A stretch of DNA of 64,000 nucleotides from positions 14,570,001 to 14,634,000 of the forward strand of contig JBHGNT010000002.1 in the NCBI GenBank assembly GCA_043228905.1. The letters are read 5' to 3'. The notes under the pieces are model-generated. The model saw nothing but the letters and a program-made list of their open reading frames with translations, ran no database searches and was not told the origin of the DNA. This document shows, piece by piece, positions 24,398 to 35,309 of this stretch. A program made the translations under genes and the position numbers. The DNA is from Azolla caroliniana. Lineage: Eukaryota; Plantae; Polypodiophyta. Positions within the stretch are counted from its first letter, which is position 1. Each line of letters starts with the position of its first letter.

Positions 24398-24407
24398 GTG
24401 GTCGCCA
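24398..24407 (-). promoter_or_regulatory. PBS-B of copy 2
   Basis: Minus strand TGGCGACCAC, with a 5-nt spacer to the TG at 24413. Confidence 0.65.
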
Positions 24408-24412
24408 AAAAG

Positions 24413-24853
24413 TGTGTTGTTCGTCCTGGGCTGGTCAAGCCATTAACACAGGGTGTCCCTCTGGAACACTTCACCAAAGGGATGGTATGGTAAGGAATGT
24501 GCATATCGTAAAACAGAACCGATCCTTCCCGTTTACTATCCGAATGATTAACTTGATACACGCGTATGATAATCACATTAAGTACAAAATGACATTAATA
24601 AGATAACAATATGTAAAGCCATAGCACTTCTCTATTAATTATCTATTGTTAATTACATCATCTCCGGATCCTTTTATAGGTATCCGGTTGTGTTACAAAC
24701 CGGTGCCAACCTGCAACTGACTATGAACCGGTCCAGATCCGGATCGAATACCGATTTTGGGTACGTTCGTCCGATCTTATAATTATCATAATTTATCTAA
24801 TTATAACTCCCAAAACCGATTCCCCTTTCATACTCTCGCCTAACCGGCCGATA
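24413..24853 (-). repeat. LTR-B (complete, ~441 bp)
   Basis: Bounded by TGTGTT at 24413 and CGATA plus the TSD. Minus-strand TATAAAA at 24672-24678. No similarity to LTR-A seen. Confidence 0.62.
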
Positions 24854-25019
24854 GTACAAAGTTACAGAGTGTTATTTTTTAATAGAGTTTATGTTCTGCT
24901 CTCTCTCTCTCTCTCCTGCATACACGTACTCTCTGTGTGTGTTAAGTTTTTCCTTCTCATCTTCTGTTACTATCCGGTGGAGCCGGTTTGTCGAAAGCTT
25001 CCGCACGTTTACTTTCACA

Positions 25020-28000
25020 ATACGCCAATAGCCAATCGATCCTAAATATGGATGACACAATTGACCAAGTCCTCACCAAGGACAATCGGTGAAAATCAAT
25101 CGGATTCACCATCGATGAATCGGCAGAAGCCCATCACTCGATAGAGTCGAACGAGAGAACAAGTTGACAGAACCGGTTGGAACACCAATTGATCGAAGAC
25201 AAGGGGCGCCCAATGGCGGTTAAAGTCGAGAACATGTCGATCAGGTGAATTCTGCACAAACTGCAGAAAAGTTGGCCACAATGTTTCCGACTGCTGGAGG
25301 AAAGAGAGTGGTTGGATATTTGAGTATCGGCAGAAGCCCATCACTCGATAGAGTCGAACGAGAGAACAAGTTGACAGAACCGGTTGGAACACCAATTGAT
25401 CGAAGACAAGGGGCGCCCAATGGCGGTTAAAGTCGAGAACATGTCGATCAGGTGAATTCTGCACAAACTGCAGAAAAGTTGGCCACAATGTTTCCGACTG
25501 CTGGAGGAAAGAGAGTGGTTGGAGATTTGAGTGAAATCGAGGAAGACCCAACTCGGACCACTCTCTAGTAGGCAACCAAATCAACGTTGCCGACACCTGA
25601 TCAAGAGATATCATTTCTTTAGAGGACTTAATGATCGGAGAAGTCCTCTACATTGCACAGGATGCACACACATGGCTATTGGATTCCAATGGCACATTCC
25701 ACATGACCCCCAACATTGAATGGTTTTCAAACTATTCAGCCGACACCAGTGGTGTAGTCCGACTAGGCAATGGGCAGGAGTGCAAAATCGCAAGGACCGG
25801 AAAGGTTCCCATCCGATTTCCCAATGGCAACATGATCACCCTCCACCGAGTTCGGCACGTACCTGACCTAAAAAGGAGTCTGATCTCCATCGGCATGCTA
25901 GACGAAGACGTGTACAAAATGACTCTAAGTGAGTCGGTATGGATGATCAACCAAGGAAACCTGACGATAGGAGGCGAGCACAAGTACAATAACTTGTACC
26001 CAATGATGGCGATCAATCCAGAAGGGTTCGTGAACGTAACCAAAAAGACTAACCCAAACCTATGGCATGGTAGACTTGGCCATATGTCTCAAGCCGGACT
26101 TGATCAGTTGATGGCGGTCGGCTACATCCCTAAATTCCAAGCAAAGACGGACTTCTTCGAGCATTGTCGATGCGGGAAATAGACCCGAAGTTTGCACAAT
26201 CTCCACTACGAGACGGTACGAAAGCCCCTAGATCTCGTGCACACATATATATGTGGGCCCATGCTAGAGCAATCACTAGGAGGCTCCCAATACTTCATCA
26301 CCTTTTGGCTACCGGCAATGGGACCCTGAGAACTGGAAACTAATCCAGAGCAATGATATAGTCTTCAATCAAGACTCTATTTTCTCTCAGTAGAACCAGC
26401 TGAAAATAGTTGGTAAAAAGGTATCCTTCGAAGTCGACAGAGATGTCGTAGAAGTACCATCCCACCCAGCCGAATCAGAGATTCGACAAACAGTCAAACT
26501 CGAACAAGCCAACAATATACCTGCCAACTCCGAATCGACAACAGGTCCAATAGTCGAACTCGAAGACAAAGCCATCAAAGACAAAGCCGATTCGACAAGA
26601 GTCAAACAAGGCAAAGTCAACAAGATGTGAGTAGGAAAAAGAACCAAGTCGACAAAGTCCATAGGGGAGGACAACATGACACCACCGAAATCCCGACTTA
26701 GGGGTAGGTCACCTAACAAGACTTCTGACACAAATGATTCAACACATACTGATCGACCAACAGAGTCGATCGAAGAATCCGAACCACTAGTCTCGGCACC
26801 CAGGAGATCTAGACGAGCTCGAAGGCCAACAAAGTTTTTTCAACTAGGCCTTGGCTACGTCAACTACACCCATGCAAGCGAACCAAGCACTCATGAAGAA
26901 GCTATGGCCGCAACGGATGTCGAAACATAGCTCCAAGCCATGAAATGTGAAATGGACTCGATTCATAAGAATCAGATGTGGGATTTGGTCGAACTACCAG
27001 TTGGGAGACATCCTCTACCTTGCAAATGGGTTTTCCAATACAAATATGTATCTGACTCAGAGAAACCCAAGTACAAAGCTCGGCTTGTCACGAAAGGGTT
27101 CAAACAAGAACATGGGGTCGACTACGACGAGATATTCTCACGAGTAGTCAAAATGACCACCCTCTGACTCTTACTAGGAGTCGTGGCGAAGGTAGACTTA
27201 GAGCTAGAGCAGCTGGATGTAAAGACGACATTCCTACACAGAGATCTAGAAGAAGACATCTACATGTCTCAACTGGCATGCTTCATGGCAACAGGGGAGG
27301 AAAGTCACATTGTGTGTCGATTGAAGAAAAGTCTCTATGGCTTGAAACAAGCATTGAGGATGTGGTACTAAAAGTTCGACTGCCACATCAGGCAGCTTGG
27401 ATACCGCCGATCCGATTCCGACCCATGTATGTATGTTTGGCAACTGGTCGACGAGTCTAGGATTTACCTAATCCTATATGTCGATGACATGCTGATTGCA
27501 GGAAGCAATCAATCAGAGATCGGAAAGCTGAACCAGAGCCTTCACGACAAGTTCACGATGAAGGAACTCGGATAAGCCCATCACATACTAGGCATGACGA
27601 TCAAGCGAAATCAGACGACCAAGACTCTCTGACTCTCCTAGTACAACTATATCCAGAAGATGCTGAGGCGCTTCAACATGCAGAATGTGAAGCAATCACC
27701 AAAATTGCTTCCGATGTCGATTCGAGTATCAGACAGAGACTCTCCTTCAATGGACAAGGAGAGAGAGCTTAATGGAAAGATTCCCTACGCATCAGCCATA
27801 GGAGGTATCATGTACGCAATGGTGGTGACCCGACCCGACCTAGCCTATGTCGTACGAGTGGTCAGCAGGTACATGTCAAACCCAGGACGAAAGCATTGGG
27901 AGGCCATCAAGCACATCTTCAGGTATCTGAGAGGAACCAAAGATACACAACCGACTTTTGGTTTGACAACCTCAGTCGAAGTCGAAGGCTACACTGACTC

Positions 28001-28927
28001 TGACTATGCCGGAAATATGGACAATCGGAAGTCAACATCAGGCTATATTTTCACCTATGGTAGCGGTGTGATATCATGGAGGTCGAAGCTTCAAGAGTGC
28101 ATGACCCTATTGACCATAGAGGCCGAGTACATAGCAACATCGGAGGCAGCGAAGGAAGTGATCTGGTTGCACCAACTGTCTGCCAACTTCTCATCTACAA
28201 GCTGAATCGACCGACCAGCGCCGACCATTTATTGTGACTCGCATTGCGCAATTCACCTCATTAACAATCTTGTCCATCACGCAAAGAGGAATCACATTGA
28301 GGTACAGTATCATCACATCTGGGAGGTTATAACTGAGAAGAGGCTCGAACTCCAGAAGATCGACACGGAGGTGAACATCGTTGATTGCCTAACAAAGCCA
28401 CTCATAGATCAACACTTCAAAGCACTAAGGACAAAGATGGGACTACGACAAGCAACCGAGCAGAAGAAAGCCGAACGAGTAGAAAGTAAGAGTCGACTGA
28501 ATCAATCATGATAATGAGCCATGCTAGGCTCGACACGGACCTCACCTATGCCGACTCGACTATATGCCGACCGACTTGTAACATAAACCTCAATTAGTAT
28601 TGTAATCTAGGTTTACGGGGGAGACAATCCCAAACACATCTACATGTAGGAGAGAGTAGTACTTTTACGAGGGAGTTTGTTGGCATAAAAGGCCGACTCC
28701 TTCCACTTTGTATCCTAGTGTGAACTCGTCCATATAGTTAGGGCTTAGTATATAAGCAATAACCTAACGTTGTAAAGAAGAGAGATCACTTGATCATCTT
28801 GTACATCGAGTCAAAGAGAGAGAAAAGAAACAAAGAGAGCTTCCATTAAAGCTTTATCTGTGTGTATCTATCATTTGTCTATATCTTCTTGCCTTCCCTC
28901 TGTGTTGTTTGTTGAGCATAACTGACA
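25020..28927 (+). mobile_element. Decayed copia (gag end, PR, partly deleted INT, RT, RH, PPT, 3' LTR 28678-28927)
   Basis: [50 protein letters not shown] and GYTDSDYAG. LTR termini TGTTG...TGACA. Confidence 0.88.
25119..25532 (+). repeat. 207-bp tandem duplication containing the gag zinc knuckle
   Basis: Units 25119-25325 and 25326-25532, with one mismatch seen. Confidence 0.95.
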
Positions 28928-31900
28928 AGTCCTCACATATGTTTTCGCGCATATCTGTCTTTCAGAACTATGCGTTGTGTGATCCGCCCATAGTGCATAT
29001 GGAAGCATCTACGACCAAATCTTTACTCTTCCGCCACATGGTTTTGCAAGTGCTTTTACAATTCGTCTATGTCCTCATTTGATCTTCCCGTTTGCTTCTG
29101 GATTGTATGACGTGGTTAATGTCAACCTTACTCCATGTTTGGTGAAGACTTCTCTAGCTTTATTGGAGTCAAGTTCTCCCCAATCCGCAATTACTTGTCC
29201 TACACACCCGTACCTACAAAAAACTTCTTCCAAGAGAAATTGGCATACTGTATTAACATGTTTTCCTCCGTAGCCCCCGAACTTCCACTTGGTTCGTCAG
29301 ATCCTCCCGAACTAGCACCAAGTACTTCTATTGTCTGATCCTAGTTTGCATGGCCACAATGTCAACCATCCATTTATAGTTGATTGTCGGATGTAATTTG
29401 TCCCGGTGTTGAACTCCATACTAGATCTAACATTTCTCGCAACTTCCGGTGAACTCCACTATATCCTTGTACATATTCTTCCACAAATATTTTTGTTTGA
29501 TCTTTGCAAAAGTCACCCATGATCCTCGATATCCAGCCCAATCAGATTCGTGAAATTCAGATATTATCTGTTTTTGTTGTTCCTTTGTGCCAACTACTCG
29601 TAGTGGTATGCCATCCGGTCTTTTTGGCTCTCTCTAGATTAATCCATTGTTCAAGAAGAACTTCCGAACTTGTCGTTTCTTTCTTCGTATCTCGGCTGTC
29701 TTTTCTTTATTGCCAAATGATTCCTCGATCTCTTGTAAAACTTTCCCGATCAACAAGATTTCTCCCTCATATTCGTCTCCGTGGAATACCAGAATCACAT
29801 TCACCTGGCATATGTGCTCCGAAGAAAAGTAGTCTTTGGAAACTTCTTCATTATCCGATTTGGCTACATCATCTTCGAACCGTGCCCTTGATAGCATATA
29901 TGCTACCTCATTGTCTTTTCCCGAGATGTGTTGTGCCTCCAGATTAAGCGACTTTACATATGCAATTCATCTTATCATAGCCACATCCAGTACTGTGCAA
30001 CATCGCATCATCCCGAGTATCGAAAGACAATCCGTTTCGATCACTACTTCGGCTCCGATAAAATAATGCCGATCCGATTTTATCGCCGACACGACTCCCC
30101 ATAATTCTCTTTTAACTTGTGCATATCTACGTTGTCTTTTGTTGAGAACCTTTGCTCCGAATCGAATTGGATATTGTGAACCATCCAAGTTGGCTTGGTT
30201 GCTGGCCCAACCAATACCGGTTGGACTTGTGTCAACTATTACTATAATCGGTCAGTAATAGTTCGGCTTCTTAAGTGCTTTTGCCCTTCGTAATGCTTTC
30301 TTGAGTTTCATCATGGCTTTGGTGTGTTCCAGCCTCCATTCGAACTTTGTCCCCTTTCGCAGCAAGTGATAGAGTGGGTCCGCAATGTGTGATAAATGCA
30401 CATGCCCCAAGAAACCTGCGAACTTCGGATTGTAACTCGCATATTTCTTTCATGGCTTTAATCGCATCGATCTTGGCTGGTGACGATCTTCGGCCATAGG
30501 GCCCACATAGATGTCCGGCTACTAGTATTTCTTCTTGTCTGAATGCTAATTTTGCTCCAGAGAGTGTTAGGTGCATATCTTCTAACTTCTGTAGGACTTT
30601 CTCGCAACCGCGAATATGGTCAACTATGAACTTTCGGCATCCCCTATCATCCATAGTCTCATCTTTTTCTTCCACCACACATCCTTTCATTGGAATGTCA
30701 TCTAGGAATGTCATCATTATCTCTGGAATGCAGTCTCGGAACACCTTGTTCATTGCGTCCATCATATGTGCGACTGAGTTTGTGGCTCCTTGTGGAAGCA
30801 TACACATCCGGACTAATCCTATCGGTGTTCGCATTGTAGTGATATCCTGACTATCCATAGCTTATCCAGAGTATAGGTCTCCGATAGAGTATATCGTGCG
30901 TCCGGAAAATTCATCTGCAAATTCATCTACTATCGGCCAAACTCCGGAGTTCTAGATCATGACTTTGTTCACCGATTGCAAATCTTGAATGAACCGGAGT
31001 GACCCATTCTTCTTTGGAACCGTAAACCATCGATTTGAGTATGGAGATTTTGATGGCTCTAGAATCCCCATCACCACCTTCTCCGTGAAGATCACCATCA
31101 ACTCCACTATCTTTGGATCAACACACCCTATCTCTTTTGATGTGAATGCGAATGCTTTTCCATATTGCTCCAACATCTCACGGAATCGTTCGTCTTCATT
31201 CTGTAAGAGGAACGCACCTCCACCGATCCAAAGTTTCTTTCGGGTTTCATCAGTAAATGTATGTCCAATATCCATGGACTTCTGAAGTGCCAGATCTTCC
31301 AAGAGTTCTTTCATCTTTTGTTCACTATTGGCAGGTAACAGTCCAGCACATGGTTTCACCTTCTTTTCCATGATCTTATATTTCGTACATACCATTTCCA
31401 AAATGATCTCGTACATCTCAACTAATTCCACCGGAACTACTCGGTCTCCCTAGTGATTCTCTTCCTCAAGCTCTTCAAGCCATTGTAGTGTGCTTCCATA
31501 GAACACTTCTTCGATTACTCGAGTGATTTCTTCGTCTTCTTTTATAATTGATGCAGACCGTAGCTCATCCTACATCTTCCGGAATTCTTTTCTCATTACT
31601 CCGGTCACGACCATGAATGTAGATGCCCCATTCGGACTTATTCTCACTCATTTCACTCCGAGAGTTCTCTTCCTGTGTGGGGTATCAGGGCTTCTCAGAC
31701 TATCAATTCCCCACTCCGCAACAGTCCTCTTTAAAAATGCATTTTTGTTTGGGGCAAGAGCTCTCTCTTGTTCCTTTTGTCATTCAATGGCACACTCAAG
31801 AATTGAACAGTTTTCCCTCCGCTTTGGCTCCGAATCCGTGTAAAAGCCGCTCCGTTATCATGCACCTTTGTTTCCATCTGTGAGGCCATGATGAAGGGTT

Positions 31901-34519
31901 GCTCGAGGATCACAGAATGTGAGAGCTCATCTCGCACGAAGAAATTTTGGTCAATCTCTACATCTTCGATCTTCACTGTCACATCCGGACAAGCCGCAAA
32001 TACGTCCTTCGTTGTTTTAGTGGCTGCCCAGATCTTCCATCCATGACTGGTGTTTATCGGCCACTTCCCTTTCCGGCAGAACTCCTTCGACATCAGATTG
32101 ATCTTTGATCCATGATCAATCAATGTGACTATGGGCTCTTTGATGTTTCCAATTCGGATCGGAGTCTTCGTAGTTGCCTACGCCCAACGTGGCTTTGTGT
32201 AGTGGGAGATCGGAATTTCTTCCTCTGTTTCCATGTCGTTCATTAGAATCGTATTTGTATTCACCTTCAGAGCATTTGAATCTTTTGTAACCTGCCTCTT
32301 TCTTTTTACGAGATACACAAGGAGATTGTGGAACTCTTTCATCGCTATTCCGAGCAATTCTCGGAGAGAAAATTCCACCCGACTATCAAGGATTATTTCT
32401 TTGAACACCTTCTTTAGGTCCATCCATTGTTCATTGTCTGAGGCGAGTTTGAATGTCGGAATCGTTTTCCCTTTTCCTTCCTTCAGAAACCTAACTCTCT
32501 GGTGTCTTCGATGGTCCACCCGATCATCCGTGCGCTGTCTTTTTCATCTATATACACCTCACGTAATTGACATATACGTTATTTTTATCTATGGGGCACT
32601 CCCATCCCGTAGCTTGTCAGATGCCTTTTGCAGTGCTCCGGATTTAATCAAAGTCGGTTTTCTCAAAGATTTCTAGAACTTTCGGCCAGAAAGATGCCTT
32701 CGCTTTAGATATCACACCCACACGTATTCTTGCGGTTGTCGCATAATTGATTTTTACCCCTACCTCCTCATCTAGGACCTTCTTCATTACGCCTTTTCAG
32801 AAGTTCAACCGGAGTGGCTTCCGAGTATCCATCGAATGGATCTGATTTCCTTCATAGTAGATAAGATCCCTGAGCTCATCGCAATCCTTCCAATCATGTT
32901 CAATGTTGTCGCACCATATGCACCGTCGGTCCGTATACCTCGAACTTGTGGGATGGTCTTCTGATTTCTTCACCATGGCAATCTTGAGATTCTCCATATC
33001 TTTTAGCAACTATTCCATCGCAGTTACTTCGATTCCCTTCTCGGTCGTAGTTTCTCGAGCCCGTGGTTGGTGGTCTTCTGCTATGAACCTCGACCTCAAT
33101 GTCTATTCCGTAGTTCTCCTCTCTTCATGACCGAGCCATTTCCCGCTCTTTGTGTATTGAGTGACAATGTTCCGCACATTTTCCCATGTATTGGTGAGGC
33201 CACTCTTGGTAGTCATATCCTCTAGAAGCACTCCAAGATCTTTTCGGTCCCAAACATCCATAGCTCGTAAAAACATCATCACTTTGTCCAGTACGAGGAT
33301 AGCTTGATCTTTAATGGACAACCTCTTGAATCGACTTTCAAATGCCGAAAACACATCGAGGACCTTCAACCCCTTGGCTGGTGCTTCCACCCAATCTTTG
33401 AATCCCCTCCGCGTCACCTTGGAGGATTTCTCATTAGCAAATGTAGTCTTTAGCATTTCTTCAAACACTTCCCACGTCAAATTTTGTTGTCGTATCTCGT
33501 GGATACTCCCTTGAATCCCATCCATAGCCACCCGACTAAAGGATGTCACTTGCAATCCTTCCAATATCTCACAATGCAGCATCTCCGCCTTATAGTCCCG
33601 AAGATAACATGAGACATCCTTCCCATCAAATTAACCATTCCATTACAAGAGTCATTCTATGGCCGTTACGACCTCCGACATCGCGCATTGTTCCTGCAAT
33701 ATCCGCTCCAAGATTGTCGTCATGTTGTTAGCCTCTTGTTGATTTGTCATCTCCTTGCCACTTGTCTTCATGTCAGGTTCACCAAATGTGTTGTGCCTTT
33801 CGGCGCCAGATCGTTCCGTGAGTCAAGTTGGAACCGTTGGGGTTTTGGACTAGGAGGACGAAGAATGTGAGACAAGTCTAGTTATGAATAGATTGCAAGA
33901 AAGAGATATAGAAACCTGTGAATCCCACAAGTGTAATGTATTTTATTAATCAGTATTTAGATAAGAGTATGAATTTAGATTGAAAGAGAAGGATATCGAA
34001 ACCTCGTGAATCCCACAAGTATAGTTTATTAATCGATATTTAAAAACATATTCAATTTCCAAAGATTCCACACTCAAATTACATCTTACTCCCACCCTTA
34101 TATAGTGATGGGAGAGGCTTAGCAATTCATGCTCTTTCTCTAATTATGGACTCCATGCTTTTTCTATCTATAGACTATATGTTTTCTCTAATATGCTTTT
34201 TCTAAAAGTGATCATGCATTTTTTTATCAACTATAGTGTTCATGCACGCTAGATGTGAATGTGTAGCTTTTTCTCTACAAAGCGTTTTCTTTTACTAAAG
34301 TTTTAACCTAGAAAATATGTGTGAACTTACCTTTGTATGTGGGACATCTATTTTTTTTAACACTTATGATGTGCTAGTATAATGTCAAGGCTCCAAAATA
34401 TTAACATGGAGGTATAAGGTCGAATCTTGCCCTCTTGCCCTATGCATGTAATATATATTTTAATATTTTCTTCTATTTCTTCATATTCATTGAATCTAGT
34501 ACTCTATACGTTTTTCACA
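28928..34519 (-). mobile_element. Decayed Ty3/gypsy element (gag, PR, RT, RH, partial INT) with putative 5' LTR 33866-34519
   Basis: CIWCDNIEHDWKDC knuckle, PR IDHGSKINLM, RT RFIQDLQSVNKV/LPQGATNSV/FLDDIPMKG and RH KRELWGVV. The LTR is bounded by TGTGA...TCACA with a minus-strand TATATAA near 34100. Confidence 0.82.
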
Positions 34520-35304
34520 GTGTACAGACTACACTACGACATTGGAACCTAGTATTTCATGCTTGGACCAAGCACATTGAGGTGCACTACCATTTCATCC
34601 GAGAATGTGTCCTAGCGAGAGATGTTGACCTGCAACACATCAATACGAACCTGCAAATGGTTGACATCTTCATGAAGGCCCTAGGAGCCGACAAGTTGTG
34701 GCAGTTCACAATGAACCTAGGTCTTTCGATCGCCAACCAGTTGAGCTTGAGGGGGAATATGGATAATGAGAGTTCTGACACGATGTTGAGCGGAGAAGAA
34801 CGATCATAGGAGTGAGTCAGCCATCCATAATCAAAGCTAACCCGAAGATCAGTCCGAATCAACTACTCGGCGATTGGAAGTTGTGTTTGACGGGGTGTGT
34901 TGAGAATCAAACTTAACTTCCTTAGTGTGGGTACACACATTAGGAAAACCCAAGTGTATGAACCCCACATCCTTGTATCATAACTAAATGTGTCATAGAA
35001 GTTAAGTCCTATGACACATATTTTATAGGTAGTTAAATCTCCACCTCTTTTCCAAGTGGTGGTTGTAGCGAGAGAACATAGAGAGAAGGTGACTACATAA
35101 GCACCTCCCCTTTTTGTAACTGTTGTCTATTGTTCTTCTTGTTAATATAGATTTACTATTTTTTGTATCATACGTGTTATCTTTCTATGTCACACACACA
35201 TACACCTTCCAATGCACTGAATCACCCTGAATTTAATATAGAGAGATTTTGTTATACAATGCCATTGTGTTTTATTGTTATTGATTTGGGATTGAGTTCT
35301 TAAT
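34520..35304 (+). mobile_element. Copia 3' remnant: RNase H end, short 3' region, PPT and LTR (~34898-35304)
   Basis: KHIEVHYHFIRE and VDIFMKAL...SLRG, then GACGGGGTG followed by TGTTGAG. Confidence 0.75.
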
Positions 35305-35309
35305 TGTTG

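Larger units (their letters stand above)
16516..24853. mobile_element. Non-coding dual-PBS element copy 2 (LTR-A, PBS-A, internal region, PBS-B, LTR-B), TSD GTACA, carrying a LINE
   Basis: GTACA at 16511-16515 and 24854-24858. Termini TGTTG...CGATA are compatible with deaminated TGTCG...CGACA. Homologous to 1886-4616. Confidence 0.75.
16278..25019 (+). repeat. Copia family 2 3' LTR, split into 16278-16515 and 24859-25019 by the dual-PBS element
   Basis: Both halves align to the uninterrupted LTR at 42983-43399 (TGTTGAG.GAGCAAGCTCAACCGGATCC ... ACTTTCACA). Confidence 0.82.

Noticed and set aside
25119-25532. CRISPR-like or satellite array
   Set aside because: Only two long units with no spacers, in a eukaryotic TE context.
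33795-33810. TGGCGCCGAA on the minus strand as PBS of the 29-34 kb gypsy
   Set aside because: About 55 nt from the inferred LTR end and not adjacent to a CA terminus.
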